Positions 15,919 through 25,511 of a DNA stretch of 64,000 bases are shown in pieces. The stretch is taken from NCBI GenBank assembly GCA_029865385.1, contig JAOUGX010000004.1, positions 110 to 64,109 on the forward strand. Direction: 5' to 3'. Position 1 is the first letter of the stretch; the number at the start of each line of letters is the position of its first letter. A program made the translations under genes and the position numbers. The notes under the pieces were generated by a model, which was given only the letters and a program-made list of their open reading frames with translations, did no database searches and had not been told where the DNA came from. The DNA comes from Gammaproteobacteria bacterium. GTDB lineage: Bacteria > Pseudomonadota > Gammaproteobacteria > Steroidobacterales > Woeseiaceae.

Positions 15919-17688
15919 TCAGGGATTGCCGTTTTCAGGCTCATCATTGAACTGCATTTTATACAGGCTCGAATACTGGCCGTTGAGTGCCAGCAATTCG
16001 GAATGTGTGCCGGATTCAACAATTCTGCCCTGATCGAGAACGATGATCTGATCGGCATTTTCCACCGTCGACAAGCGATGTGCGATGACCAGCGTAGTGC
16101 GGTCCTTCATCAGTGTGCTCAGGGCATCCTGGATGCGTCGCTCGGATTTCGTATCCAGCGACGAGGTCGCTTCGTCGAGAATCAGAACCGGAGCGTCCTT
16201 CAGCAACGCTCTGCCGATTGCAATGCGTTGCCGCTGCCCACCGGACAGGAGCACGCCACGATCGCCGACCACGGTCTCCAGGCCATCCGGCATATCATTG
16301 ACAAATTCGAGAATGTGCGCCGCTTCTGCAGCTTCGAGCAGCTCGGCACGCGAATATTTGCGCAAGGAGCCGTAGGCGATGTTGTTTGCGATCGTATCGT
16401 TGAACAGCACGACGTCCTGGCTGACCAGGCTGATATTCTCGCGCAGATTGGTCAGTGCATATTCCTGTATCGGGACACCGTCGAGCAGGATCTCGCCACT
16501 GTCGACGTCGTAAAATCGGGGCAGCAATCCGACCAGCGTAGACTTGCCGCTGCCGGAGTGCCCGACGATCGCCAGCGTCTTGCCGGCATCGATCGTCAAC
16601 GACAGATCATCGATAACCTGTGCTTCCTGACGACCGTAGGAAAAGCTCACGTTACGAAATTCGACGGCGCCACGCACCTCGTCACGGCTCACCGTTCCCG
16701 AATCCACTTCGTCCGGTTCGTCGATGATACGAAAGAGGCTGTCGCCGGCGGCGATGCCACGTTGCAGCACGGCATTGAGATTCGTTATCCGGCGCAGCGG
16801 CTGCAGCATCAGCATCATTGCACTGAAAAACGATATGAATTGACCGGCACTGAAATTACCCTTCAATGCCTCGACGCTGGCAAAGTAGATCACGAGCGCC
16901 ACACCGAAACCGAAAATAATCTGCGTCAGTGCCGTTCCCAGCGCTTTGGTACGAATCATCTTCAGGTGTTGGCGGCGATTTCTGCCATCGGCCTCGAACA
17001 TTCTCTCGGTCTCGTATTCCCGACCGCCAAAAATCTTCACGACCCGGTGACCGGACAATACCTCTTCGGTTACCTGCGTGACCTCACCCACCGAGTCCTG
17101 AATGCGGCTGCTGTATCGACGGAATGCTTTGGCGAGCAGTCGAATCATCACCGCGATTACCGGCAGGACGATCGCGACAAACGCAGACAGTCGCGGGCTC
17201 TGGTAAAGCATGACCGCGGCAGCGGCAAGTATGGTCAGTACATCGCGGACCATCATCGTGACGACATTGGTCACCGATTCGGAAACCATCTCGACGTTGT
17301 AGGTCATACGCGAAAGCAACGGACCGGTCGATTGCTGCTCGATGAAGCGAGACGGCAAAGTCAGGAATTTGCTGAAAACATCCCTGCGCAGCGAGCTGAT
17401 GACCGCGCGGCCAATCCATCCCAGCGATGCTTCGGTTGCGAATCCGGCTATGCCGCGGATTATGAATATTGCGACAAAGGCCAGTGGCATCCATTTCGCC
17501 GTTTCGAGATTGTGCGCCACCAGTGCCTCATCGGTCATTGGCTCCAGCATCCAAACGAGCAGGCCTTCGACGATCGCGGCCGTGGCCATGCCGAGAATCG
17601 CAACGATGCCGATATAGCGGTACGGCGTGACGTATCGCCAGAGACGGCCATAGACCTCGATGAGCTTGGGATCTAAACGTTGACTCAC
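15919..17688 (-). CDS. msbA: Lipid A export ATP-binding/permease protein
   Basis: 589-aa ABC exporter with GHSGSGKST Walker A and LSGGQRQRIAIGRA signature. GTG start overlaps the exbD-like stop (GTGA). Confidence 0.9.
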   Translation of the reverse strand: MSQRLDPKLIEVYGRLWRYVTPYRYIGIVAILGMATAAIVEGLLVWMLEPMTDEALVAHNLETAKWMPLAFVAIFIIRGIAGFATEASLGWIGRAVISSLRRDVFSKFLTLPSRFIEQQSTGPLLSRMTYNVEMVSESVTNVVTMMVRDVLTILAAAAVMLYQSPRLSAFVAIVLPVIAVMIRLLAKAFRRYSSRIQDSVGEVTQVTEEVLSGHRVVKIFGGREYETERMFEADGRNRRQHLKMIRTKALGTALTQIIFGFGVALVIYFASVEALKGNFSAGQFISFFSAMMLMLQPLRRITNLNAVLQRGIAAGDSLFRIIDEPDEVDSGTVSRDEVRGAVEFRNVSFSYGRQEAQVIDDLSLTIDAGKTLAIVGHSGSGKSTLVGLLPRFYDVDSGEILLDGVPIQEYALTNLRENISLVSQDVVLFNDTIANNIAYGSLRKYSRAELLEAAEAAHILEFVNDMPDGLETVVGDRGVLLSGGQRQRIAIGRALLKDAPVLILDEATSSLDTKSERRIQDALSTLMKDRTTLVIAHRLSTVENADQIIVLDQGRIVESGTHSELLALNGQYSSLYKMQFNDEPENGNP

Positions 17689-18110
17689 GGACTGGCCGGA
17701 TCGTTGACCGTGGCTATGCTGATTTGCACGAAGCCGAGCTTGCCGGCGACATCCATTGCGGTTACGACGTATTGGTGACGCGCGTTGGCGTCCGCGCTGA
17801 TCGTCAACGGCAGCGTGGTGTTGCCGCCGGACAGTTTCTGCAGCGCATTACGTATGGTTTCCGGGCGATTGTTCACCAGTTCCCTGCCGTTTACCAGGTA
17901 GGTGCCCTGCTCCGTGATCATGATATCCAGTTGATCGGGAAATTCTTCAACGACCTGGACGTTTTCGGCTTCCGGCAAGCGAATGGAAATCTGAGACTGC
18001 TTGACGAAACTGGTGGACACCATGAAAAAAATCAGCAGCAGCAGAACTACGTCTATTAGCGACGTCAGATTGACTTCAGGTTCGACTTTCGGCCGCAGGT
18101 TCAGTTTCAT
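17685..18110 (-). CDS. ExbD/TolR family biopolymer transport protein
   Basis: MKLNLRPKVEPEVNLTSLIDVVLLLLIFFMVSTSF. ATG 18110 overlaps the exbB-like stop (ATGA). The Arg-rich upstream extension to 18593 was rejected. Confidence 0.88.
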   Translation of the reverse strand: MKLNLRPKVEPEVNLTSLIDVVLLLLIFFMVSTSFVKQSQISIRLPEAENVQVVEEFPDQLDIMITEQGTYLVNGRELVNNRPETIRNALQKLSGGNTTLPLTISADANARHQYVVTAMDVAGKLGFVQISIATVNDPASP

Positions 18111-18733
18111 TCGCCGGTGCCACCGCCGGATCTGCGGCGGTGTAACGCCTCTACCAGCTTGATTGCCTCTTTCTCCATGTCGACGACCAGCGTATCCACG
18201 CGGTTTCGATAGTAGCGATAACCGATAAGGGCAGGGATCGCGACCGTCAGCCCGGCTGCGGTCGTGATCAATGCTTCGGCGATACCGCCGGCCAGTACCG
18301 TTGGATTGCCAACGCCGTGGGTTGTGATCGCCGTAAACACCTTGACCATACCGATAACGGTACCCAGCAGACCGAGTAACGGGGAAATTGCGGCGATTGT
18401 CCCCAGCGTGTCCAGGTAACGCTCCAGTTCGTGAACCACGTGGCGCCCGGTGTCTTCGATGCTGTCTTTCATGATGGCGCGATCCAGGTCGCGGTTGATC
18501 AGTCCGGCAGCGAGGATCTGACCCAAGGGGGAACCCTGATGCAGGGTCTGGATCTGTCGTTGATCGAGGGCGTCTTTCTTGACCCAGCCCCAAACTTTGC
18601 TGGTCAGGTCTTCCGGCAGCACCCGCTTTTGCTGCAGAGTCCAGAATCGCTCCAGGATGATGCCCATGGCAATGATGGCGCAGAGAATGATAGGCGCCAT
18701 CAGGTAGCCGCCCGCTTTAACGATATCGACCAT
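18107..18733 (-). CDS. MotA/TolQ/ExbB proton-channel family protein
   Basis: Start at MVDIVKAGGYLMAPIILCAI...; three TM helices; typical TolQ/ExbB C-terminal half. Confidence 0.88.
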   Translation of the reverse strand: MVDIVKAGGYLMAPIILCAIIAMGIILERFWTLQQKRVLPEDLTSKVWGWVKKDALDQRQIQTLHQGSPLGQILAAGLINRDLDRAIMKDSIEDTGRHVVHELERYLDTLGTIAAISPLLGLLGTVIGMVKVFTAITTHGVGNPTVLAGGIAEALITTAAGLTVAIPALIGYRYYRNRVDTLVVDMEKEAIKLVEALHRRRSGGGTGE

Positions 18734-18813
18734 AGGCCCGACTCTGAGGAAAATCGAAATATACAGTGACCGGCACAAAAATTCCTGCGTCGTGATTCCC
18801 TTTATCTGCAAAA

Positions 18814-21114
18814 TCAGTTGGCTGCGTGCCAATAGCGGCGAAACATTCGTCGTTGCTCGACGATTGGGTACTGGCCGCCTGACTCGCAGAAGCGCTGACT
18901 GACCGCTCCTGACGCTGCTGTCGTCACTAAGCGGCCGCCTTGTTGCCGCCAGCGGGCCGTCACCTCGGGTCGGGGAAATCCCCAGCGATTGTCGAAACCG
19001 GCCGATACCACGGCTGTCCGGGGGGCCAATGCCGCGACGAAACCGGATGAGGACGATGTGCGACTCCCATGGTGCGGGACGACGACCAGCTCAACAGGCT
19101 TGAGCAAGCCCTGCGCGACCAGCCGATGCTCGACGGCGGATTCGATGTCCCCGGTCAGCAGCACACGCTGGTCACCTGCTCGAATTTCGAGGACACAGGA
19201 TGCGTTGTTACCGCGGCGGCGAAGGTACTCTGGATCCGGGTGCAGCAGTTGGAAGTCGACACCATCCCACTGCCACGACATCCCCGAATGGCAGGCAGCC
19301 TGCACAGCGGTCACGTCGTTACTCAAAGACAGCGATTCGCCGTAAAGGATCTCGTTCACCGGAAGCTGCTTCAGCAGCGAATCGACACCTCCCGCGTGAT
19401 CGAGATCGGCGTGACTGACAATCAGCGTGTCCACACGCCTTATGCCCAGCGTTTCGAGATACGGGATCAACACCAGCGCAGCCGTATCGCTGCCGCTGCG
19501 AAATGCAGGACCGGTGTCGAACACTGCTATGCGTGTGCGGGTGCGCGCGACCGCGGAGAGCCCCTGGCCAACGTCCAGAACCTGAATGTCGACGCAACCG
19601 GCCGGTGGTGCAGGTGGCCTGTACAGAATTACAGAGAACGCGGCGAGCCACGCAAGATACCGCCCGGGGAATCCCGGCGGTAACAATGCCCACAACGCAC
19701 AAGCCCACAATACGACCAGCATCGGGCCCTGCATCGGCAACGTTGACAGTTCGGCGAACGGCAAAGCCGCGCCGATGTCGACCAGCCGGAGAACCAGCCG
19801 AATGCTCTGATACGAGACCTGCAAAAGAAAGTCGCCTGCCTCTTGCAGCGGTCCGTCCAGCGCGAATGCCGCCAGCGCCAGCGGCACCGTGCACAGGTTG
19901 AAAACAGGCAGCACCAGCAGATTGATGAACGGCGCCAGCCATGCGATACGCCCGAAATGCAGTACTGTCAGCGGCAGCAGACCGAACAGCAGTGCAAACT
20001 GAAGCAGCGAAAGACGTACGAGCGGACGGACCAGGCGATTGATCAGCGCATGATGTGAGCGGACAGGCGAGATTCGCGCTGCGGACCACAGCAACACCGC
20101 AACAGCGAGGAACGAAAGTTGAAATCCGGCGGCGAGCAGCGATAACGGATTGAAACTGAACACGGCGAGGCAGGCAAGCGCCAGGATCCGCTCCAAGCCG
20201 AGCTGCCGCCGCAGCAACATGGCTGTCGAAATCAGCATAACCATCAGCAGTGCCCGCTGCGCCGGCACCGCCAACCCCGATAGCAGTGCATAAACGCCGG
20301 CCCCGATCGCTGCACCGAGTACCGCAAGATCACGAATGTTCCGACCGGCGGCGAACGGCGCGGCAACAATCCGCAACAACAGGTACAAACCGGCCGCCGC
20401 CAGTCCCACGTGCAGCCCGGATATTGCCATGAGGTGGCTCGTGCCACTGCGTGCGTATTTTTCCCATTGCTCGCGGCTGATGTTTTGCCGCGCGCCGATC
20501 GTAATCGCCGTCAACACGGCTCGCGCTGCATCGTCGGGAAACAAGGCATGCACACGATCGAGAAAGTGGCGGCGCAACACGAGAGTAAGGCCAGCAACGG
20601 GCTGATCCGCGCTGCGTTTGCCGGAGACTATGTAACCGGTTGCGCCGATGCGCTGGCGAAACAACCAGGCCTCATAGTCGAAGCCCTGCGGGTTCGCAAA
20701 ACCCCGCGGTGCGCGCAGCCGGACTGCGAACTGCCAGTGTTCGCCGATACGGGGCGATTCGCCGGCGTCGTACCAGCTCAGCCGAACACGCCGAGGAAGA
20801 TCCGGCCGCTCCAGTGGCTCGACGACAAGGCGCAATGCGGCGCCCGCCGCTGCCGGGAAATCGATGACTCTGGCACTGAATTCCTGCGGTTCGCCCTCGA
20901 ATTCGGCAGGCAGCCGATCGTCGATTACCTGCCATGCCGCAAGACAACTCAGCAAGAATCCCAGCAGCATCCCGCCAACAAACCGCAGGCATGGCACCAG
21001 CAACAGCCCCGCCAGCACGATGCTCAGGGAGATCAGCCAGGGCGCTGCCGGCAACTGCGCCAGCTGTTGCGTCGCGGTGGCGCCTGCCACGACGCCCATA
21101 GCGAATCGCAACAC
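18814..21114 (-). CDS. comEC: DNA internalisation-related competence protein ComEC/Rec2
   Basis: 766-aa polytopic membrane protein with a C-terminal MBL domain (VSHADLDHAGG). Start is GTG 21114 or ATG 21099. Confidence 0.88.
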   Translation of the reverse strand: MLRFAMGVVAGATATQQLAQLPAAPWLISLSIVLAGLLLVPCLRFVGGMLLGFLLSCLAAWQVIDDRLPAEFEGEPQEFSARVIDFPAAAGAALRLVVEPLERPDLPRRVRLSWYDAGESPRIGEHWQFAVRLRAPRGFANPQGFDYEAWLFRQRIGATGYIVSGKRSADQPVAGLTLVLRRHFLDRVHALFPDDAARAVLTAITIGARQNISREQWEKYARSGTSHLMAISGLHVGLAAAGLYLLLRIVAAPFAAGRNIRDLAVLGAAIGAGVYALLSGLAVPAQRALLMVMLISTAMLLRRQLGLERILALACLAVFSFNPLSLLAAGFQLSFLAVAVLLWSAARISPVRSHHALINRLVRPLVRLSLLQFALLFGLLPLTVLHFGRIAWLAPFINLLVLPVFNLCTVPLALAAFALDGPLQEAGDFLLQVSYQSIRLVLRLVDIGAALPFAELSTLPMQGPMLVVLWACALWALLPPGFPGRYLAWLAAFSVILYRPPAPPAGCVDIQVLDVGQGLSAVARTRTRIAVFDTGPAFRSGSDTAALVLIPYLETLGIRRVDTLIVSHADLDHAGGVDSLLKQLPVNEILYGESLSLSNDVTAVQAACHSGMSWQWDGVDFQLLHPDPEYLRRRGNNASCVLEIRAGDQRVLLTGDIESAVEHRLVAQGLLKPVELVVVPHHGSRTSSSSGFVAALAPRTAVVSAGFDNRWGFPRPEVTARWRQQGGRLVTTAASGAVSQRFCESGGQYPIVEQRRMFRRYWHAAN

Positions 21115-21253
21115 CGGGCTTTCTCAGAATCCTGTTACAGGACTCAACGATCAATCGGCAATCGAATCATGTTCCGCTTCCCTGCGCTTTGTCGTTATGA
21201 TGCAAGCCTGCATCTTGAGCCGCTCGGCTCGATGAAACCGGATACCAGTTGGA

Positions 21254-21769
21254 ATGCCAAGGCGCTTTTTTCGCAAATTTGCCCTGAAACGCGAGCGCGT
21301 AATGCGCCTGTGGTTCGTCGAGCCTTTCAATCACCTGATTCACGACCCGGATCTCTGGGGCATTCGCCGGCGTTCGGTCGTGCCGGCATTTTCGCTCGGA
21401 CTTTTCGTGGCTTTCATGCCGATTCCGGGACACGCGCTGATCGCGGGACTGCTGGCATTGCCGTTGAGGATCAATGTCGCGATCGCAGCAGTAACGACGT
21501 TCGTCAGCAATCCGCTGACCATCGGGCCGATGTTCTTTTTCGCTTATCGCGTCGGTCGTTATCTGCTGGGCCAGGAACCGCAGCCGTTCCAGTTCGAACT
21601 GTCCCTAAGCTGGCTTGGCAACCAGTTTCTGCTCATCTGGCAACCGATGGTGCTGGGATGCGTTCTGCTCGGTTCGATTGCCGCATTCGCCGGTTACGTT
21701 GCGCTCGACCTGCTGTGGCGCGCATCGATTGCCGACTACCTGGCGAGGCGCCGCGGTCGCGGCAAGTAG
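21254..21769 (+). CDS. DUF2062 domain-containing membrane protein
   Basis: MPRRFFRKF...HDPDLWGIRRRSVVPAFSLGLFVAFMPIPGH is typical of DUF2062. Divergent from comEC. Confidence 0.8.
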   Translation: MPRRFFRKFALKRERVMRLWFVEPFNHLIHDPDLWGIRRRSVVPAFSLGLFVAFMPIPGHALIAGLLALPLRINVAIAAVTTFVSNPLTIGPMFFFAYRVGRYLLGQEPQPFQFELSLSWLGNQFLLIWQPMVLGCVLLGSIAAFAGYVALDLLWRASIADYLARRRGRGK

Positions 21770-21779
21770 ACGAAATCCG

Positions 21780-22484
21780 TCAGTCCGCCGCAGCGAGCCT
21801 GCCGTTTTCCAGCACCAATACTCGTTCCATGCGTGCGGCGATCGAGCGATCATGAGTGACCACGACCAGGCTGGTTTCAAGTTCGCGGTTGAGTTCCAGC
21901 ATAAGCTGTAATACGTGCTCGCCGTTTCCGGCATCGAGGTTGCCGGTCGGTTCATCGGCGAGCACCAGGCTGGGCCGGGTAATGAGGGCCCGCGCAACTG
22001 CCGCGCGCTGACGCTCGCCGCCCGACAACTCGCCGGGCTTGTGCGTAAGCCGTTGGCCTAGCCCGACCCGATCCAGTAACTCACCGGCTTGCTTCATTGC
22101 CACGTCTTTTCTCTCACGGCGGATCAGGAGCGGCATCGCAACGTTTTCCTGCGCCGAGAACTCCGGCAGCAAATGATGAAACTGGTAGACAAAACCGATA
22201 TAGCGATTACGCAGTTCGCTTTTTTTCGCCTCATCCGTGTTGGCCAGCGTGTGCCCGCCGACAACGACTTCACCGGACGTCGGATCGTCCAGGCCGCCCA
22301 TGATCTGCAGCAACGTGGTCTTGCCCGAGCCCGAGCTGCCCACGATTGCAAGTCGCTCTGCGGCCCTGACACTCAGATCAACTCCGCTTAACACCTCCAG
22401 CATCGAGCCGCCCTCCGAGAAACGGCGAATGACGTTGCGGCAGGAAAGCACTTCGGCCCTCTGTGATTTCACCGCTTCATTCAT
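21780..22484 (-). CDS. lolD: Lipoprotein-releasing ABC transporter ATP-binding protein
   Basis: GSSGSGKTTLL Walker A, LSGGERQRAAVARAL. ATG 22484 overlaps the upstream permease stop; track start 22631 trimmed. Confidence 0.9.
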   Translation of the reverse strand: MNEAVKSQRAEVLSCRNVIRRFSEGGSMLEVLSGVDLSVRAAERLAIVGSSGSGKTTLLQIMGGLDDPTSGEVVVGGHTLANTDEAKKSELRNRYIGFVYQFHHLLPEFSAQENVAMPLLIRRERKDVAMKQAGELLDRVGLGQRLTHKPGELSGGERQRAAVARALITRPSLVLADEPTGNLDAGNGEHVLQLMLELNRELETSLVVVTHDRSIAARMERVLVLENGRLAAAD

Positions 22485-23724
22485 AGCGCAATGCCTCGGC
22501 AGGCATGGTGCGTGCGCCGCGCCATGCCGGGTAAATCGTCGACAACAGGGCCAGGACCAGCGCGATCGAACAAATTCTTGCCACGTCGGGCCAACGCAAT
22601 TCAGCCGGCAGGTCGCTGATAAAATAGACATCAGCCGCTAGAAACTTGATGCCGAATGCGGATTCCATAAAAGCCACGATTGACTCCAGGTTGAGTGTCA
22701 GAAGCACGCCGAGAAGCAGGCCGGCAAGAGTACCCAATACGCCGATGATGCTTCCCTGCACAACGAATATTTTCAGTATGCTGCCGGGCGACGCACCTAC
22801 CGTACGCAGGATTGCGATATCCGACTGCTTGTCTTTCACAACCATGACCAGCGTGGATACGATATTAAATGCCGCAACCGCTACTACCATCAGCAAAATC
22901 ACAAAAAGAATCGACTTCGTTATCTGAATCGAACGAAAGAAATTCACGTGCCGGCGCGTCCAGTCGCTGACCAACACACCGACGCCGCCACTGAGAGCCA
23001 CTTCGCGAACAATCTGCGGAGCCGCATAAATGTCGGTTACCGCCAGGCGAATGCCACTGACCCCTGTGCCGAATCGATACAATCGCTGCGCATCGTTGAG
23101 ATTGATGAACGCGAGGCGACGGTCAAACTCGAACATACCGACACGGTAAATTCCACTGACGGTAAATCGCCGGGATCGTGGAACGACCCCTGCCGGAGTA
23201 ACGATGCCGTCGGCAAGCGTGACCGTGACTTTGTCACCGACCTGCGCCTGCAACGCCCGGGCAAGCTCGTTTCCGAGAACAATATTGAAAGAGCCCGGCT
23301 GAAGCCCGGAAAGATCTCCGTCAGTCACGACAGCTGCAATGCCCGACACGTCTGCTTCCATCAGCGGATCGATTCCACGCACCTCCGCGCCACTCAATTG
23401 TGTGCCGGATATTAGTAAGGCCTGCCCATCGACGTACGGCGCTGCACCGTCGACTCTGTCGTTGCTGATCGCATTTCGTATTTGCCCCTGCCAGTCGACC
23501 AGCGCGCCGTAAGGATCTTCAATCGTTGCGTGCGCCGACATAGCGAGCAATCGTTCGCGAAGTTCGCGCTCGAATCCATTGACGACCGATAAAACAACGA
23601 TCAACACAGCTACGGCAATTGCGATTCCACTGATCGAAATCGTGGAAATGAGCGATACGAATCCGTTTCGGCTCTTCGACCGCACGTAGCGACCACCCAT
23701 CCAGGTTTCGAACCAGTGCGGCAT
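22477..23724 (-). CDS. Lipoprotein-releasing system permease, LolC/LolE family
   Basis: 415 aa with MacB/FtsX-type topology, adjacent to lolD. I cannot tell LolC from LolE by eye. Confidence 0.88.
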   Translation of the reverse strand: MPHWFETWMGGRYVRSKSRNGFVSLISTISISGIAIAVAVLIVVLSVVNGFERELRERLLAMSAHATIEDPYGALVDWQGQIRNAISNDRVDGAAPYVDGQALLISGTQLSGAEVRGIDPLMEADVSGIAAVVTDGDLSGLQPGSFNIVLGNELARALQAQVGDKVTVTLADGIVTPAGVVPRSRRFTVSGIYRVGMFEFDRRLAFINLNDAQRLYRFGTGVSGIRLAVTDIYAAPQIVREVALSGGVGVLVSDWTRRHVNFFRSIQITKSILFVILLMVVAVAAFNIVSTLVMVVKDKQSDIAILRTVGASPGSILKIFVVQGSIIGVLGTLAGLLLGVLLTLNLESIVAFMESAFGIKFLAADVYFISDLPAELRWPDVARICSIALVLALLSTIYPAWRGARTMPAEALRYE

Positions 23725-23727
23725 CGA

Positions 23728-24981
23728 TTACTCGTAACGCAGCGCGGAGGCCGGATTCACGTGTGCAGCGCGGAGTGCCGGGTACAGTGTCGCCAACGAG
23801 GTCAGCAACAGTGCAGCGACCGCAATGACCAACACGTCCTGTGGCCTCAGCACCGATGGAATGGCTGTTACGTAGTAGACATCGCCCGGCATGATCTGAA
23901 ATCCGAAGAATTCCTCGATGACCGGTGCGACTACCGGCACGTAGTACGCGAGCACCGTTCCGCCGATCACGCCGAGCAACACTCCGATCCAGCCAATCAC
24001 CGCACCCTGTATAAAAAATATTCTGACGACGTCGCCGGGACCCATGCCGAGCGTCCGCAGGATCGCTATGTCGCTCGTTTTGTCGGACACAACCATCACC
24101 AGGCTTGCGACGATATTGAATGCGGCAACGCCGATGATCAGTGACAGGATCAGCGACATCATCATTTTTTCCAGGCGTATTGCGCGGAAGTAGCTGGCGT
24201 TCTCTATAGTCCAATCGCTGCTGGTGAATTCGGCGCCGAGTCGCTGTTGCAGTGTCGCCGACACCCGCGGCGCGTCCATCACGTCGTTTGCCACGAATCG
24301 GACGCCGCTGACCCGATCGCCGTAGGACATCAGGCGCCGGGCATCGTCCATATGAATGAGTGCAAGCATTGCGTCATGATCCTGCACCCCGGCCTCGAAA
24401 ACGCCAAGCAGCTGGAAACGCTCCAGTACCGGCTCGAGAGAGCCGCCGCCGTCCGGTCGCGGAATCAGCAGTACGATACCGTCGCCCATTCGTGCGCCCA
24501 GATCCAATGCCAGCAAACGGCCCAGCACGATGCCTTTGCTGCCGGCTTGCAGTACGTCCAGGTTGCCCTCGACGAAATTGATCGTAGCACCGGACACCGA
24601 GGCTTCTTCCACTGGCAATATACCGTTGACCATCACGCCTTTGAGGGTGCGGCCGGTCCGCACCATGCCCTCCATCTGCACATAGGGCGCCGCGGCAACG
24701 ACACCGGGCGTGGCCAGGACTTCCTTCTGCAACGCCGGCCAGCTGCGGACACTGCCGTCCTGGCCGCTGACGTAGCCGTGCGCGGTCATGCTCAGGAGAC
24801 GATCGCGCAACTCACCTTCGAAGCCGTTCATGACTGACAGGATAACGATGAGCGCTGCGACGCCGAGCGCAATGCCCGCCAGCGAGATCAGGGTAATGAA
24901 CGAAACGAACCGGGTGCGGCGCTTGGCCCGCAGGTAGCGCAGGCCGACAAACAGTTCCACAGGCTTGATCATCGGCGGCAT
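23728..24981 (-). CDS. Lipoprotein-releasing system permease, LolC/LolE family
   Basis: 417 aa, a paralogue of the neighbouring permease. The order is permease-permease-ATPase. Confidence 0.88.
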   Translation of the reverse strand: MPPMIKPVELFVGLRYLRAKRRTRFVSFITLISLAGIALGVAALIVILSVMNGFEGELRDRLLSMTAHGYVSGQDGSVRSWPALQKEVLATPGVVAAAPYVQMEGMVRTGRTLKGVMVNGILPVEEASVSGATINFVEGNLDVLQAGSKGIVLGRLLALDLGARMGDGIVLLIPRPDGGGSLEPVLERFQLLGVFEAGVQDHDAMLALIHMDDARRLMSYGDRVSGVRFVANDVMDAPRVSATLQQRLGAEFTSSDWTIENASYFRAIRLEKMMMSLILSLIIGVAAFNIVASLVMVVSDKTSDIAILRTLGMGPGDVVRIFFIQGAVIGWIGVLLGVIGGTVLAYYVPVVAPVIEEFFGFQIMPGDVYYVTAIPSVLRPQDVLVIAVAALLLTSLATLYPALRAAHVNPASALRYE

Positions 24982-25136
24982 TAAACCACATTCGCTCAGG
25001 GCCGGTAGCGGATTCCAATACTGAGAACCAGGTCCGGAAGTGGATCATGTTCTGAGTGTAAAACCTTGTTCAATCAACTGTTTCTGAAGCGTGGCCTGAT
25101 GTTATAGTCGCCACGTCACGATCTGGAGAGCCCGTC

Positions 25137-25415
25137 ATGGCCAAACTGAGTACTGTCATTGTCGCAAGCTGCCTTTTGCTGGGCGCAGCCCACGCGGATA
25201 CGCTGCAGATGGGCGGCACCGAAAACGCGGCTCGATTCGAAACGCCCGGCAAGCCGACCCGCGGCATGAGCCAGGCCAAGGTCGAAGCTACCTATGGCAG
25301 CCCGAATTCGAAGCAAGCCGCCGTTGGCGACCCACCGATCAGCCGCTGGGAATACGGTGAGTTCGTGGTGTTTTTCGAGTACGACAAGGTCATTCACGCC
25401 GTCAGCCGCCGTTAG
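25137..25415 (+). CDS. Small exported protein of unknown function
   Basis: 92 aa with signal peptide MAKLSTVIVASCLLLGAAHA, GGAGAG SD, and conserved-looking C-terminus PPISRWEYGEFVVFFEYDKVIHAV. Confidence 0.6.
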   Translation: MAKLSTVIVASCLLLGAAHADTLQMGGTENAARFETPGKPTRGMSQAKVEATYGSPNSKQAAVGDPPISRWEYGEFVVFFEYDKVIHAVSRR

Positions 25416-25511
25416 GCCGGAAAAAAAGACGTAGCAGCGGCACACCGGGGCCAGCGCGGCCGACCGGCCGCCGAAATCCGACCGCCGGATATGCAATAAT
25501 CGCCGGCTGTA

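Noticed and set aside
15844-17676. 610-aa plus-strand ORF
   Set aside because: It is exactly antisense to msbA, which has unambiguous ABC-exporter motifs. Its Arg/His/Gln-rich low-complexity translation is typical of a GC-rich shadow ORF.
18111-18593. Arg/Pro/Gly-rich 161-codon extension of the exbD-like ORF
   Set aside because: It lies inside the exbB-like gene in another frame. The ExbD family N-terminus starts at MKLNLRPK, with ATGA coupling.
20410-21855. 481-aa plus-strand ORF
   Set aside because: It runs antisense through comEC and then out of frame across the DUF2062 gene. It has no motifs.
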